Assembly: GCA_964016885.1 (NCBI GenBank)
Contig: OZ024741.1
Location: 149,730,001 to 149,794,000 of the forward strand
Direction: 5' to 3'
Length of the DNA stretch: 64,000 nt
Source: Eledone cirrhosa
Taxonomy: Eukaryota
Within the stretch, counting starts at the first letter, position 1. The number at the start of each line of letters is the position of its first letter. Below are positions 42,197 to 58,912 of this stretch, in pieces. The notes under the pieces are model-generated. The model had not been told where the DNA came from. It made no database searches and saw nothing but the letters and a program-made list of their open reading frames with translations. The position numbers were made by a program, and so were the translations under genes.

Positions 42197-42885
42197 TCAT
42201 CATCATCTTCGTTTAACGTCCACTTTCCACGCTAGCATGGGTTAGACAGGAGTTGTCCCACTTGAGGCAAGGTTTGGTGGGGTGACAGTGTCTCGCTCAT
42301 ATAGGAATATCTGGCAGGTTTTCTACGGCTGGATGCCCTTCCTAACACCAACCACATTTACAGTGTGGAACTGGTAACTTTTTACCGTGTTACCTACACG
42401 GCCACATTACAGCGTGGACTGTGTATTTTTTTCTCGTGACACCTACACAATCTCGATCTCATTTATTTGGACTGGATGTTGTGGTACCAACTTTATAGAG
42501 AGAGGGTGGTGTTGGTGGGAGTGGGAGGATAGGGTAGGGGTAGTGGATTGGGAGTGTATATTTGGTTAAGAGGTGCTTACTGACTGTAGGTTTCGCTTTG
42601 TACATAGGCAAAGCGGGTCTTCTGTATTACTGCGTAGCGCCAAAGATCTCGGTCCAGTGACATTGTCTTAGAGAGGTGCAAGCGTGTAAGGTCGGAATTT
42701 ATCAGATCGTCCCAGGTTTTTCTGGGTCTACCTACTCCGTAACTACCATCAATTTTGATCGCCCTGCACTTTTTTATACAGCTGTCGTCTTTCATGCGCA
42801 TCACGTGGCCATACCAACGTAGTTTTCTCTCGAGTAAACAGCATCTGATCCCTCTTATTCCTAATTTCTCACTTAGTTCACTTAT
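42197..42885 (-). mobile_element. RTE-clade LINE 3' end with 3' UTR and (GAT)n tail
   Basis: RWYGHVMRM..., GRPRKTW and DRDLWR in ORF 42577..42804. The UTR shares CTGGATGCCCTTCCTAACACCAACC with SINE family A. Confidence 0.85.
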
Positions 42886-42889
42886 GCTT

Positions 42890-43450
42890 TATGTATGTAT
42901 GTATAGTGTATTTGATAATATACTGTATGTTTATTTAAAAACATTTTGAAGACCATTCGCTATGAGTTTTAAAGTAGTGACTATGTCACTTACTATGTCT
43001 CGGCAAAACCGAAGGGAAGCAACCGACAGCTGTTTCTCGTTTGTTAACGGTTATCAAGATTGCTTATCCTTCCGCTTCTGCCGAGACTTATCGAAGCTGG
43101 ATTCTTATAGAATTCCAGTGATGTTTAAGAGCTGATTAAGCAGAGCGAAATAGCGATGTGTGTATGAATAGTATATTTGATAATATACTGCTCTTAAACA
43201 TCACTGGAATTCTATAAGAATCCAGCTTCGATAAGTATCGGCAGAAGCGGAGAGATAAGCAATTTTGATAACCGTTAACAAACGAGAAACAGCTGTCAGT
43301 TGCTTCCCTTTGGTTTTGTCGAGACATAATAAGTAACAAAGTCACTACTTGAAAATTCATAGCAAATGATCTTAAAATGTTTTTAAATAAAAATACAGTA
43401 TATTATCAAATACACTATACATACATTCATCGCTATTTCAGAGCACTGAT
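42890..43450. repeat. Inverted pair of a ~240-270 bp MITE-like unit with a short spacer
   Basis: 42893-43131 is the diverged reverse complement of ~43190-43427. Ends resemble CAGTGCTCT...AGAGCACTG. Confidence 0.8.
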
Positions 43451-43465
43451 ACTAATAAATATACA

Positions 43466-43689
43466 TATCATCATTATCATTTTACGTCCGCTTTTCCCTG
43501 CTTGCAAGGGTGGGATGGGAACTGATTCTGGCTTGATTTCTACATCTGGATGCCCTTCCTAACACCAACCTCATTTACAGTGAGTGATGGGTGCTTTTTT
43601 GCTGTGGCACCTCCACGACCACTTTGCAGTGGAATGATAGGGATCCCAGTCCCTATCATCTCATTTCTACAGCTGAGTAAACTGGAGCA
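43466..43689 (-). mobile_element. SINE family A, 3' portion
   Basis: Near-identical to 810-1030. Confidence 0.85.
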
Positions 43690-43834
43690 TATATATATAT
43701 ATATAAGCAAAGAGATATTTAATTTGTTGGTTATTCAACAAATTTATTTATAACAGATTCAATGCACTCTACAGGATTCTTCTGGAGTATAGTATCAATG
43801 ATATTAATACATGGAAACTATCTTTATAAAACCA

Positions 43835-43895
43835 TATTTTATTATATATATTTCAAGGGTACCAACATTTTGGTACGCTCTCATCAGATAAAATA
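43835..43895 (-). ncRNA. Type I hammerhead ribozyme (PLE-associated)
   Basis: UAUUUUAU-CUGAUGA-[GAGCGUACCAA..UUGGUACCCUU]-GAA-AUAUAUAU-A|AUAAAAUA, giving an 8-bp stem I and a palindromic stem III. Confidence 0.75.
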
Positions 43896-44111
43896 CAAAA
43901 TTTTATAAATATTGACATATCCAAAAACAAGAACTTTTAATCCAAAATGAACTTAAAACGATAAGTTCTTGTTTTTTGGATATGTCAATATTTATAAAAC
44001 AATTTTTGTATTTTATCTGAGTGCATCCAAAAGTTTGGTACCCTTGAAATATATATAATAAAATATGGTTTTATAAAGATAGTTTCCATGTATTAATATC
44101 ATTGATATATA

Positions 44112-44403
44112 TCTATATATCTAAAACAGAGAATGTCTGTCTGTCTGTCCGATCACTAAAACTCGAGAACCACCCAACCGATTGTTTTCAAACTTTACGG
44201 TCCTGTGAGTATTTTGAGCAAAAAAAATTTCAAATTTTCAATGCCCTAGGGACCGCATTAGGCGATCTCTCTCTCCCTCTCTTTTAGTCTTTCTCTTTTT
44301 AGATAGATACATAGATATAACGTTGCCCCCCTTATAATATGTATGTATGCCTGGCTGTCTGCATTACAACATTATGGTGTAGCTGTGTGTGTGTGTGTGT
44401 GTG

Positions 44404-44450
<47 letters not shown>

Positions 44451-44729
44451 TTTCGAAATATTTACTTCTGCGTTCACAGATTGATTTTTTTATTTTATTT
44501 TTAGAAGATCCGTCAAGGGTGAAAGCAGTGATTCTTTGCTTAAACTTTAATATGTTATTTTAATATATATATATATATAATTATATATTCGTGTACAGAT
44601 ATTTTTGCATACACAATAACAAAATATAAACAAACGTATTTATTTCACGAGGCTTGATAAGGATAAATATATATCAAATATATAAGAACCCTAGAGCAAA
44701 TCCTGAGCAACGCCGGGCCATTCTGCTAT
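44112..44729 (+). mobile_element. Non-autonomous Helitron-like element containing PLE 3' fragments
   Basis: A|TCTATATATCTAAAA..AATGTCTGTCTGTCTGTC 5' end and CCTGAGCAACGCCGGG hairpin plus CTA(T) 3' end. Internal 44452-44700 matches 50820-50920 and 47860-47906. Confidence 0.6.
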
Positions 44730-46929
44730 ATATATATATATATTTTTTTAATGAATTTTTAAATGTAGCATATTTTTAAAAATCTGGCTGGACCCTAGGT
44801 TAATATTTATTAATAAGCTAAATATGATGCTATGGCGCCTACCTGTGCAAGGTATAGAGCTACCCAAGAACTACTTGAAAGGCTATATTATTTTAACCCC
44901 TACACTACAATAGATAGACCTAAAAATATTTGACTATTGTAATGTTTTTTGCTGTTTATATAGAGAAAAACTGATAGTGCTAAATGTGGCCATTAAGTAT
45001 GTCAGTTGGAGCTAAGTCATATCCTGCGTTTGACCCAGTTACCTGACATTAGTACAGTAATAGATGAATTAAGAATACAATGAGAAAGTTGTTCCAGCTG
45101 TTGTGGGGTGTTTGTTAGATTAACTGGAAACTGACTGGTGGTGGTGATGATGGGCAGAGATGATCTCAATCTGGTATGGTTAGGCAATGATAGTTGTTGC
45201 TAGAACACTGCCTTTCTGTAGATGAATATCAACTAACAAGGATGGTTGAATGTGATTTTAGTGAAATTAGCTGCTATTTCAAGTGAGCCTGAATGGCTGA
45301 ATATTAAAAGTATTGGACAATTAGTCAGGAGATTAATAGTTCATGCCCTATTACAATTACCATATTGTCTCTGTGACATTGACTCTCAAATGACCTTTTA
45401 CTGAACTTACATAGTTGTGAAAATAAATATTAAATTTTGAGAGGGAAAATGACTTACAATGAATTGGCTCCTATCAATGGATTTTATCTTTCTTTTGGTA
45501 AACCCTTTTGATAACAAACTGTCTGAAATTGCCCCTGATACAATCATACAAAACTATTTTAAATAAAGTGATTATATTTATCTAAAAACCTTTCATTATA
45601 ATTTTAAAGTTCAAATCCCGTCACGGTTAACTTTGCCCTTCATCCTTACGGGGTTGATAAAATAAAGTACCAGTAATGTACTTGTGCCAAAAGTAGAAAC
45701 AATTATAATTTTAAATAATCTTTGTTAAGTTATGCTCTAAAAACCAACTAAATAATGAGAAAGTTAGATATATTACTAAATCCTTAGAAATTCTTATTTT
45801 CAAAATTCTATGCAGTTTTTCATCAGAATTGATAATGAAAGGGTTAATCATTAAAAAAACAAGCATTATGGAACATAGAAACCTATAGAAGGATGAATTT
45901 ATGATTAGCACGAAATATTCTTTTAACAGTTTAAATATTTGCAACAGATTGAAAGGCACCCAGGGATTTGGTGGTAACTGGATGACAATAAAAGAAAGAG
46001 ACAATTGGACCAACAATGTTTCCATTGGTCTTTTCACTGCTGATACTATCTGGCAGTCACAACTCCTGCCCGGAGCCAGACTGAAAGACAAAAATGACTT
46101 TAGTAGCATTTGAACTAAGAGCAGAATGAACCAGAACAAATACTGAGGCATTTAATCTGATGCCCTAATAATTGCCAATTTCTTTCTTTTCCTATGACAA
46201 TAACAATAATTATTGAAGAGAAGACTAGTTTACCAAGAAACATACCATGTTTGGTTACATTCCAACATGTCTTCTCTCTATTTGTGCTGATGTAGTCAGG
46301 ATTGAACTCAGCTATTATTGTACCCAATCTTGCAGGGGTTACTATTGCTGTTTAATAAAAGTATTACTATCTTGTTTACTGATGCTTACTGAAAATATGA
46401 TAAATTCTTTTAAGTTACCCACTAAGACTATAAGCTAAGTGGACTTTGAATGACAAACAGGACAAGAGAGGAGAGTCTATGAAAATGTGTCTAGCCCGAT
46501 CCAGTAAGACTGGTTTATAAAACTAATCAGAATCAAATGAACCAGTTCTGCAAATAACCAATACAAAGGTTTAGGTCAATCTGTAACTGAAAATGCCAGT
46601 TATTATTCTCTTATTAAGAAAGAGGAAGCTGTTAACATACACTTTCACATACAAACTGTTATTGCTTGCAGAAAAAAATAAATTTAAAGGTTTGTGCATA
46701 GAACCCACTTTTCTGGAACACTCAACAAAATAACAAGATAAACACAAAGCTAATAGTGCAGAGAGCTTCTACATGGCTGTCTGACTGGCTAGAATTAGGA
46801 ACCAATGCCTTACATCGCAAGTTTGTTTAGTCAGGATTGACCTCTTGGGGTTAAACAACAATAACAAAATAAACAAGTCCATTTAACTCTTTTGATACCA
46901 AACCACCCGAAACTGTCCCTGGTTTTAAT

Positions 46930-46973
<44 letters not shown>

Positions 46974-47397
46974 GTATAATAAAGAATACAATATAATTAC
47001 CTCATTACCAGAGGTTTCCCGAATAAGATGAATACGAAAAAAACGTCCTCATTCGTTCGTAGGACAAGGTAATATAAAACAGTGAAATATTTGGAAAGTC
47101 TCCTCAAGAAATGCAAAAAATATATAAATAAAAATAATGCAAGAGATATATTAAAAAATATACAAAAATATACAAAAAAATATAAGGAAATATAGTTAGG
47201 TATGTGTATATGTATGTATATACACTCACGAATGTACATATGTGTGTATGTACAAATGCATGTGTATGGTGAAAATGTGTGCGTAAGTACATATATGAGG
47301 GCAAGTATATTTGTGTATATGTGACCACAAATACGGATATAATATTATATAAATATATATATATAAATATACGATATTAATAAATGGAAACTATATT

Positions 47398-47462
47398 TAT
47401 TTCATTATATATATTTCAAGGATACCAAGTTACATTATGGCATGCCTTCATCAGACAAAATA
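47398..47462 (-). ncRNA. Type I hammerhead ribozyme (left arm of inverted repeat)
   Basis: Exact reverse complement of 47590-47654. Confidence 0.8.
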
Positions 47463-47589
47463 CAATATATAACAGTTTTATAAATAGACATTGACGTAGT
47501 ACCCTATGACTATCCTGATGGCCTCCAAAAGCAACGGTCAATTTTTAAAGGGGTACGTCAATGTCTATTTATAAAACTGTTATATATTG

Positions 47590-47654
47590 TATTTTGTCTG
47601 ATGAAGGCATGCCATAATGTAACTTGGTATCCTTGAAATATATATAATGAAATA
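47590..47654 (+). ncRNA. Type I hammerhead ribozyme (right arm of inverted repeat)
   Basis: UAUUUUGU-CUGAUGA-AGGCAUGCCA..UGGUAUCCUU-GAA-AUAUAUAU-A|AUGAAAUA; stems I-III pair by eye. Confidence 0.8.
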
Positions 47655-47767
47655 AATATAGTTTCCATTTATTAATATCGTATATCTACTCCAAATATTT
47701 GTCGAGTGCTTTATATCAGTTATAAAAATATTTGCTTGTTGTATCCCAACAATTTAAATAGAACTTT

Positions 47768-47822
<55 letters not shown>

Positions 47823-48880
47823 ATAATAATAAATTTCAAGACTAAAATCCAAAGAGGGCTCGATAAGGGTAAATATATATCAAATATATAAGAACCGTAG
47901 AGCAAATATTTATTAAAATAACAGATTAAAGTTTAAGCAAAGAATCGCTGCTTTCACCCTTAACGGGATCTTCTGAAACTAACAAAGTCAATCTGTAAAC
48001 GCAGAACTGGATATTTCAAAAAACGTTGCAACCGGAGGAAGACAGGAAGACGATACTTTGGTTCGTGGTAACGTTCCCTGGCAAAGAACGGGAAAAAACG
48101 AATAATACGTCATTAATAGGAGCGGTGAAAAACAATTACGCGCAAAGACAGAACCACGTTTAATGGTATAAAAGAGGTCGTAGACTAATGTTCCCTTAGG
48201 TGGTTCATAGAGACGTTCTCTGGCAATGAACGAAAAAAAACGAAGATAATACGTCATATGTGGAGCGTGGAGAACAATAGCACGCAAAGACAAAACCACG
48301 TAAATGGTATAGCAGAAGTCGTAGACTAAAATTCTAACTAGGAGACCGAATGAATCTCCGCTACAGAGTTAAGAACAAAGTAAATAAATACAATACAGAA
48401 GTCATAGAATTAAATAAATACATACACGCAAACAAATACGTACATACACAAGCATACGCGAAACACTTACCATAGGTATACAAAACCACGCACATATAAA
48501 TATGTGTGTGTGTATGCGTGTATAAAATAAATAAATAAATATATAAACACATACCTACATGTAAAAACACGAATGTTCGGAGACGTAAGTCAACCGAAAC
48601 ATAAAGTACACATATACACACACCCTACATACGTACGAACCTGCATACTCACAGACGCAAAACTCCCGTATACATATAGCCAAACCATATGTACCAGAAT
48701 TTTAAAAAAAAAAAATTATACGCCATAACATAAACAATCAAATATACGTACGAGAAGGTATACGTATCTTCACGAAACATACGGGTAATATATACTTACC
48801 TATGCAAATAAGTAATGGTATAAACAAAACATATACTTAGCTCCCACATCAAGACGTAAAATATCCACGTATAGATCGTA

Positions 48881-50822
48881 CTATCCGTTAGGGTATAACG
48901 TGGGGCTGTAATACAGGAAAGTTTTGTGCAATTTATGTTTACAAGCCGAAATTGCCTCAGATTTTTTGTTTAAGATGTGGTCTGTGGCGTAGAGTATTTC
49001 CAGGGCCTCAGCGGCGCAGAGGTCACATGGTCTTTTATTTCTGTTATACGATCTAGCCCTAGCTAGGATCTCCCAGTGTAACTTATATTGGGTGTGGTTG
49101 TCTTTTAGACTCCAGATATAAGCTGAAAGTGACGTCATATTCCTTTTTAGAGGGTAACGAAAATAATGGGTATGCGTGTAAAGACGCTGCTTGAATCTAT
49201 TGGCGGTTAACCCTATGTAGGCCCTACAACCTTACATTTGTAAACAATGTTACTAGAGAGGCATTTCCAGGATAGGGGGCACTCAACCCAATTCCTACAA
49301 TTACAGTTAGTACTAACTACAGGGTTGCACGTGTTCCTACGGCTAGGTAGTTTAGCTAAATTTGAAGCTATCACAGCTTCAAATTATGTTATGTGCAAGG
49401 TTAGGAGTCGTAGAGTAAGAAATTTTAATAGTATTTCTATTAAAAATTTTACTATATTTATGTGTAGGGGGAAAATGCTTCGTAATAAGGGAAAGAAAGA
49501 TCTTAGCTAATGGTGTGGCCACCTCCATATTATATGGTGGGTTATACCAACAAATGCGACGGGATCTATTTTCGTACTCTGTATATGCTACCTTATCAAC
49601 AAATCCACTTCGAGCAAGAGCTTCATTGTAATAAGTGGAATGGTCGTTGAAAATACGCTCGTTGGTGGAAAGACGGGAAAGCCTCAACGAAACGTTTCTT
49701 ACCAGGTTCTTGGTTATGCTGGCAGGATGGTTGGAATGCTACTTATGTAATTAAGCGTATCATTCGGCTTTCTATACAGGTAATACAACCCATTCAATAA
49801 ATTGAGGGTAACGTCAAGGTAATTAACGACCGAGAGATTGGCCTCAACCTGTATAGAGAGGTTGAAGCCTTTAAAGAAGGCTGTGAGTTCTTTTCTGAAC
49901 CTGTCGCAAGCACGAGGTCCGCACTTAGTCATGGTCAAAAGACCATCGTCACGGTACAAACCACCGCCCGCGTTGGGGAATTCGTCCTTGATAGAGAAAA
50001 GAAGGAAAAGGCCGATAAGATCAGTAACCTCCGCAGAGTCACTGGCGCCCATACTCACGTCGTATGGGGTACTATTGGATTTTTTTATCCAAATAGAGTC
50101 GTCGAAATTAATCACGGACTTTCGGGCATTGAGGATGACATCAACTTCGAAATCCTTAATCACTGTGAGTGTTTTAGGGAAATTGATAGCTCTAAGGAGA
50201 AGTGGTAAAGTGATGGAGGAGTAGTAATTGTTGATGTCGAATTGGATAAAACAGCAATGTTCCTTGTTACATATGCCGTAGAACCGATCAATCACCGCGA
50301 AAGAGTTGTTCCACAGTGCAAGAGGGGCCAAACTTCTAATTTCAGGTATAATTCTATCAAGAATCGTTTTACTAAGTCTGCCTAAATCGGACTTCGTAGG
50401 GTGAATAAGCCGAATAGAGGGGTTGTTCGGGAAATTGGATTTGTGATCCTTCGGGGTAAAGTGGGGAGAAATAGGGTCCAGAGGTTCGGTCCGGTCCAGG
50501 ATGTTGAGATCAGATGTGATTTTAAACCCAGCATCGTTGATTTCATTGATGACGCACCGATTAGTTTTACGGTAATCCTTAGTTACAGCATTATGTAGTA
50601 GTTGATGGTAAGTACTGCGCTCCACTTGATATAGGTTGCCAGTTTTGTCGGAATGGACGTGCACGGCATTAGAATCCTTAATAGTACGAATTCTATTCTT
50701 CAGGTCTTGCTGGAAGGAATTGCTCCTATTCCGAAATTTGATACTCTGAATGAGTTCCAAGACACCATTTTCGAAGGGTAGCAATGCTGGGTTACACGGG
50801 GGGTTATTATAGGTTTTAAATC
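48881..50822 (-). pseudogene. PLE1 RT-endonuclease ORF with at least 3 frameshifts
   Basis: GFKT..PP, SDKTGN, FDINNYY, MGASDSAEV, GLYRDDGL, NYLDVTL, WYNPPY, CNCRNWVEC, IVY...YIG, CDLC and CKH motifs. Frameshifts near 49735, 49385 and 49225. Confidence 0.92.
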
Positions 50823-50835
50823 CACTTCTGCGTTT

Positions 50836-50911
50836 ACAGATTGACTTTGTTAGTTTCAGAAGATCCCGTTAAGGGTGAAAGCAGCGATTCTTTGCTTAAA
50901 CTTTAATCTGT
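50836..50911 (+). ncRNA. Hammerhead-like fold with variant core CAGAAGA (copies: 47921-47996 minus, 62951-63026 plus)
   Basis: Stem I AGUUU/AAACU plus ACAGAUUGA/UUAAUCUGU, stem II CCC/GGG, GAAA, stem III AGCA/UGCU, predicted site CUU. Confidence 0.5.
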
Positions 50912-50948
50912 TATTTTAATAAATATATATATAAATATATATATATAA

Positions 50949-51025
<77 letters not shown>

Positions 51026-51088
51026 AATATATAAATATATATATATAAATATATAAATATATATATAAATATATAAATAAATATATAA

Positions 51089-51125
<37 letters not shown>

Positions 51126-51219
51126 AATATATAAATAAATATATATATATATATAAATATATATATATAAATAAATATAAATAAATATATATATATAAAT
51201 AAATATATATATATAAATA

Positions 51220-51251
<32 letters not shown>

Positions 51252-51269
51252 AATATATATATATAAATA

Positions 51270-51319
<50 letters not shown>

Positions 51320-51337
51320 AATATATATATATAAATA

Positions 51338-51423
<86 letters not shown>

Positions 51424-51424
51424 A

Positions 51425-51491
<67 letters not shown>

Positions 51492-51580
51492 AATATATAT
51501 ATATATAAATATATATATAAATATATATATAAATATATATGATATTAAATAAATGGAAACTATATTTATAAAACCATATT

Positions 51581-51646
51581 TATTTCGTTATATATATTTC
51601 AGGGATATCATATTAACAATATGTTATGCCATCTTCAGACAAAATA
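51581..51646 (-). ncRNA. Type I hammerhead ribozyme at the 3' end of PLE2
   Basis: UAUUUUGU-CUGAAGA-stem II (CAUAUU/AAUAUG core)-GAA-AUAUAUAU-A|ACGAAAUA. Confidence 0.75.
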
Positions 51647-51948
51647 CAATATAAACAGTCTTATAAATAAATAGATACGACATACCTTTCAATCACCTTG
51701 CATTTGGGAGGTTGATTTGGCAGTAAAAAATATTGTGGACAGTTGTAAAAAGAAAGAGATAAAGAGAGAAAGAAAGAGAAACGAAGAAAAAGAAGAAATG
51801 CATGTGACTAAATAGAGGGATATAGAAAGATAGATAAAGAGAAGAACTTCATGTAAAGAAACAGAGAGAAATATATATAGAGAGAGGAAAAAAAGAAAGA
51901 GATAGAGATAGATAGAGAAATTAGGAAGTTGAGTATCGGTTGATACAT

Positions 51949-51979
<31 letters not shown>

Positions 51980-52911
51980 GCTCTAGTATTAATGTAAAGA
52001 GAGATGTATGTAGTTAAGAGAGAAAATAGCCGTTATATAGAGAGAAAAAAGAGAAAATGAAAAAGAGAAAATGAAACATAACCAGACATAAACGATGCAG
52101 AATTTAAAATCGCTATGTTTTATCCGTAGAAAATATTAGTTCGTATAAAACAGGCATTATAATGTAAGTACCAGTATTCATGAATGAGACATGTATCTAT
52201 AATGTGTGAAAAGTAATGATCTTATGTCTAGTTTTTAAAAATTCATATGTTTATATCATAATTATAAACAAACTCCTAATTCACACGAAAACATTCTCAT
52301 TGTGCTATAAAAATTCAAGTATACACATATATATATAGAGTCTATATTAACCTTAACAACACTATTCTTGTCTTTATTCTACATGATTGTCGATCAAGCA
52401 GAAATAGAGAACAGATTTCAATATATTAATAAAAATAAAAAAAAAAATATCAGAGACAAGAAAATAAATAAATAAACAGAAAACTAAAACATTTAATATT
52501 AAAAATAAAAAATATTACAAAATATTAAAAAATATTAAAAAATATTAAAAAATAATACAAATAAAACACAGAGATCAGCCTTTCAAAGTTAATTGACAAT
52601 ATATTGCCAAGATCATCATAAGCATCAGAGTCGAAACATATAAAACAAAAATTGTTTACCAAATCCTGTCTAGCAGAAATCATTCCAAAAGTTTAGGATA
52701 CCCATTTGGTCTACATATGTTCTTATATATAATATAGAAGTTTATCTAGTTTAGAATTTAATTCGATATATTTGGAGCATCAGCTTTTAGGGTAGTTTAA
52801 TTATTCATGAAGAATGTTTTAATAAAAAGAATGTTTTAATAAAAAGAAGAAATCGAAAGATTTATCGGCTAGTTTCATAAATAATTACAAATCAAATCAA
52901 AACAAACATAA

Positions 52912-53541
52912 CTACATTTTAAATTTAAATTTATATTTAAACGTTGAGTTCAATCTATGTCTGCAGCAACTGAATAAATTTGTCCGTAGATTAAGGGAAT
53001 TTTTAGATTTTAGTATAAAGAATATCTCCTCCGCACAGAGGTCACATGTCTCAGAGGATGAATTAAAAGGAATCCCCCTTGAAACTATGTTCCAAGTCGT
53101 CGAATATCTAACGTTATCATGCCTAAGTTGCCAGAGTACGCCTGATAGTGCTGTTGAAGATTTTTTGGATGGATCTGTGAAAGAATTCCTGTGGTTGTTA
53201 TAGCGAGGTTTAAATTCCGTCGATGTAGAACCAACGTAATTAAAAGAATTAACGTCCGTTTTAACATTACAGTTGTATATTATATTTTTAACTAAGCAGT
53301 TGTTATTTAACGGACATTTAGATCTATCTCTACAGTTACATTTGTTAACTTGGATATTATTTATGCTATTATCGCTAGGTTTTAAGTTCCTGTTATTTAT
53401 TCTATTAATATTTTGCGCTAAATTTTTGGTGGATGAGTAGGTTAGTTTTATAGTATGTCTATTGAAAATTGAGTGATACCTATGTGTTCTAGGGAAGCGA
53501 TTATTGAGAGCTTTAAAAAATAGTTTAGCAATGTGGGTTTT
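52912..53541 (-). pseudogene. PLE2 linker plus GIY-YIG endonuclease; uninterrupted frame with no start codon (5'-truncated)
   Basis: Translated by hand: [35 protein letters not shown]...CNCRDRSKCPLNNNCLVKNIIYNC...YVGSTSTEFKPRYNNH...WNI...CDLCAEE...LNLRTNLFSCCRHR...stop. Homologous to the PLE1 C-terminus. Confidence 0.9.

Positions 53542-58912
<5,371 letters not shown>

Larger units (their letters stand above)
47906..50926 (-). mobile_element. Penelope-like element PLE1, 5'-truncated with a 107-bp inverted terminal copy
   Basis: RT plus GIY-YIG frames and a ~1 kb 3' UTR. 47906-48012 is the reverse complement of 50820-50926 (1 mismatch). (TA)n tracts lie on both sides. Confidence 0.93.
51541..53541 (-). 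mobile_element. Penelope-like element PLE2, 5'-truncated, flanked by (TA)n
   Basis: GIY-YIG frame at 52912-53541, then a long pyrimidine-rich UTR, then the HHR. Confidence 0.88.

Noticed and set aside
46995-47110. Possible minus-strand HHR (GAAA-CCUC..GAGG-UA stem III; AUGAGGA core)
   Set aside because: C3 is missing and stems I and II cannot be formed convincingly; at most a decayed PLE end.
49838-50598. Plus-strand ORFs 49838..50224 and 50401..50598
   Set aside because: Antisense shadows of the PLE RT frame.
48881-50822. Selenocysteine recoding as in Naiad PLEs
   Set aside because: The endonuclease is C-terminal, conserved Cys positions use TGY codons and the breaks are frameshifts rather than in-frame TGA.
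52570-52625. AUGAUGA...GAAA motif in the PLE2 UTR
   Set aside because: The core is mismatched and there is no supportable stem I or III.
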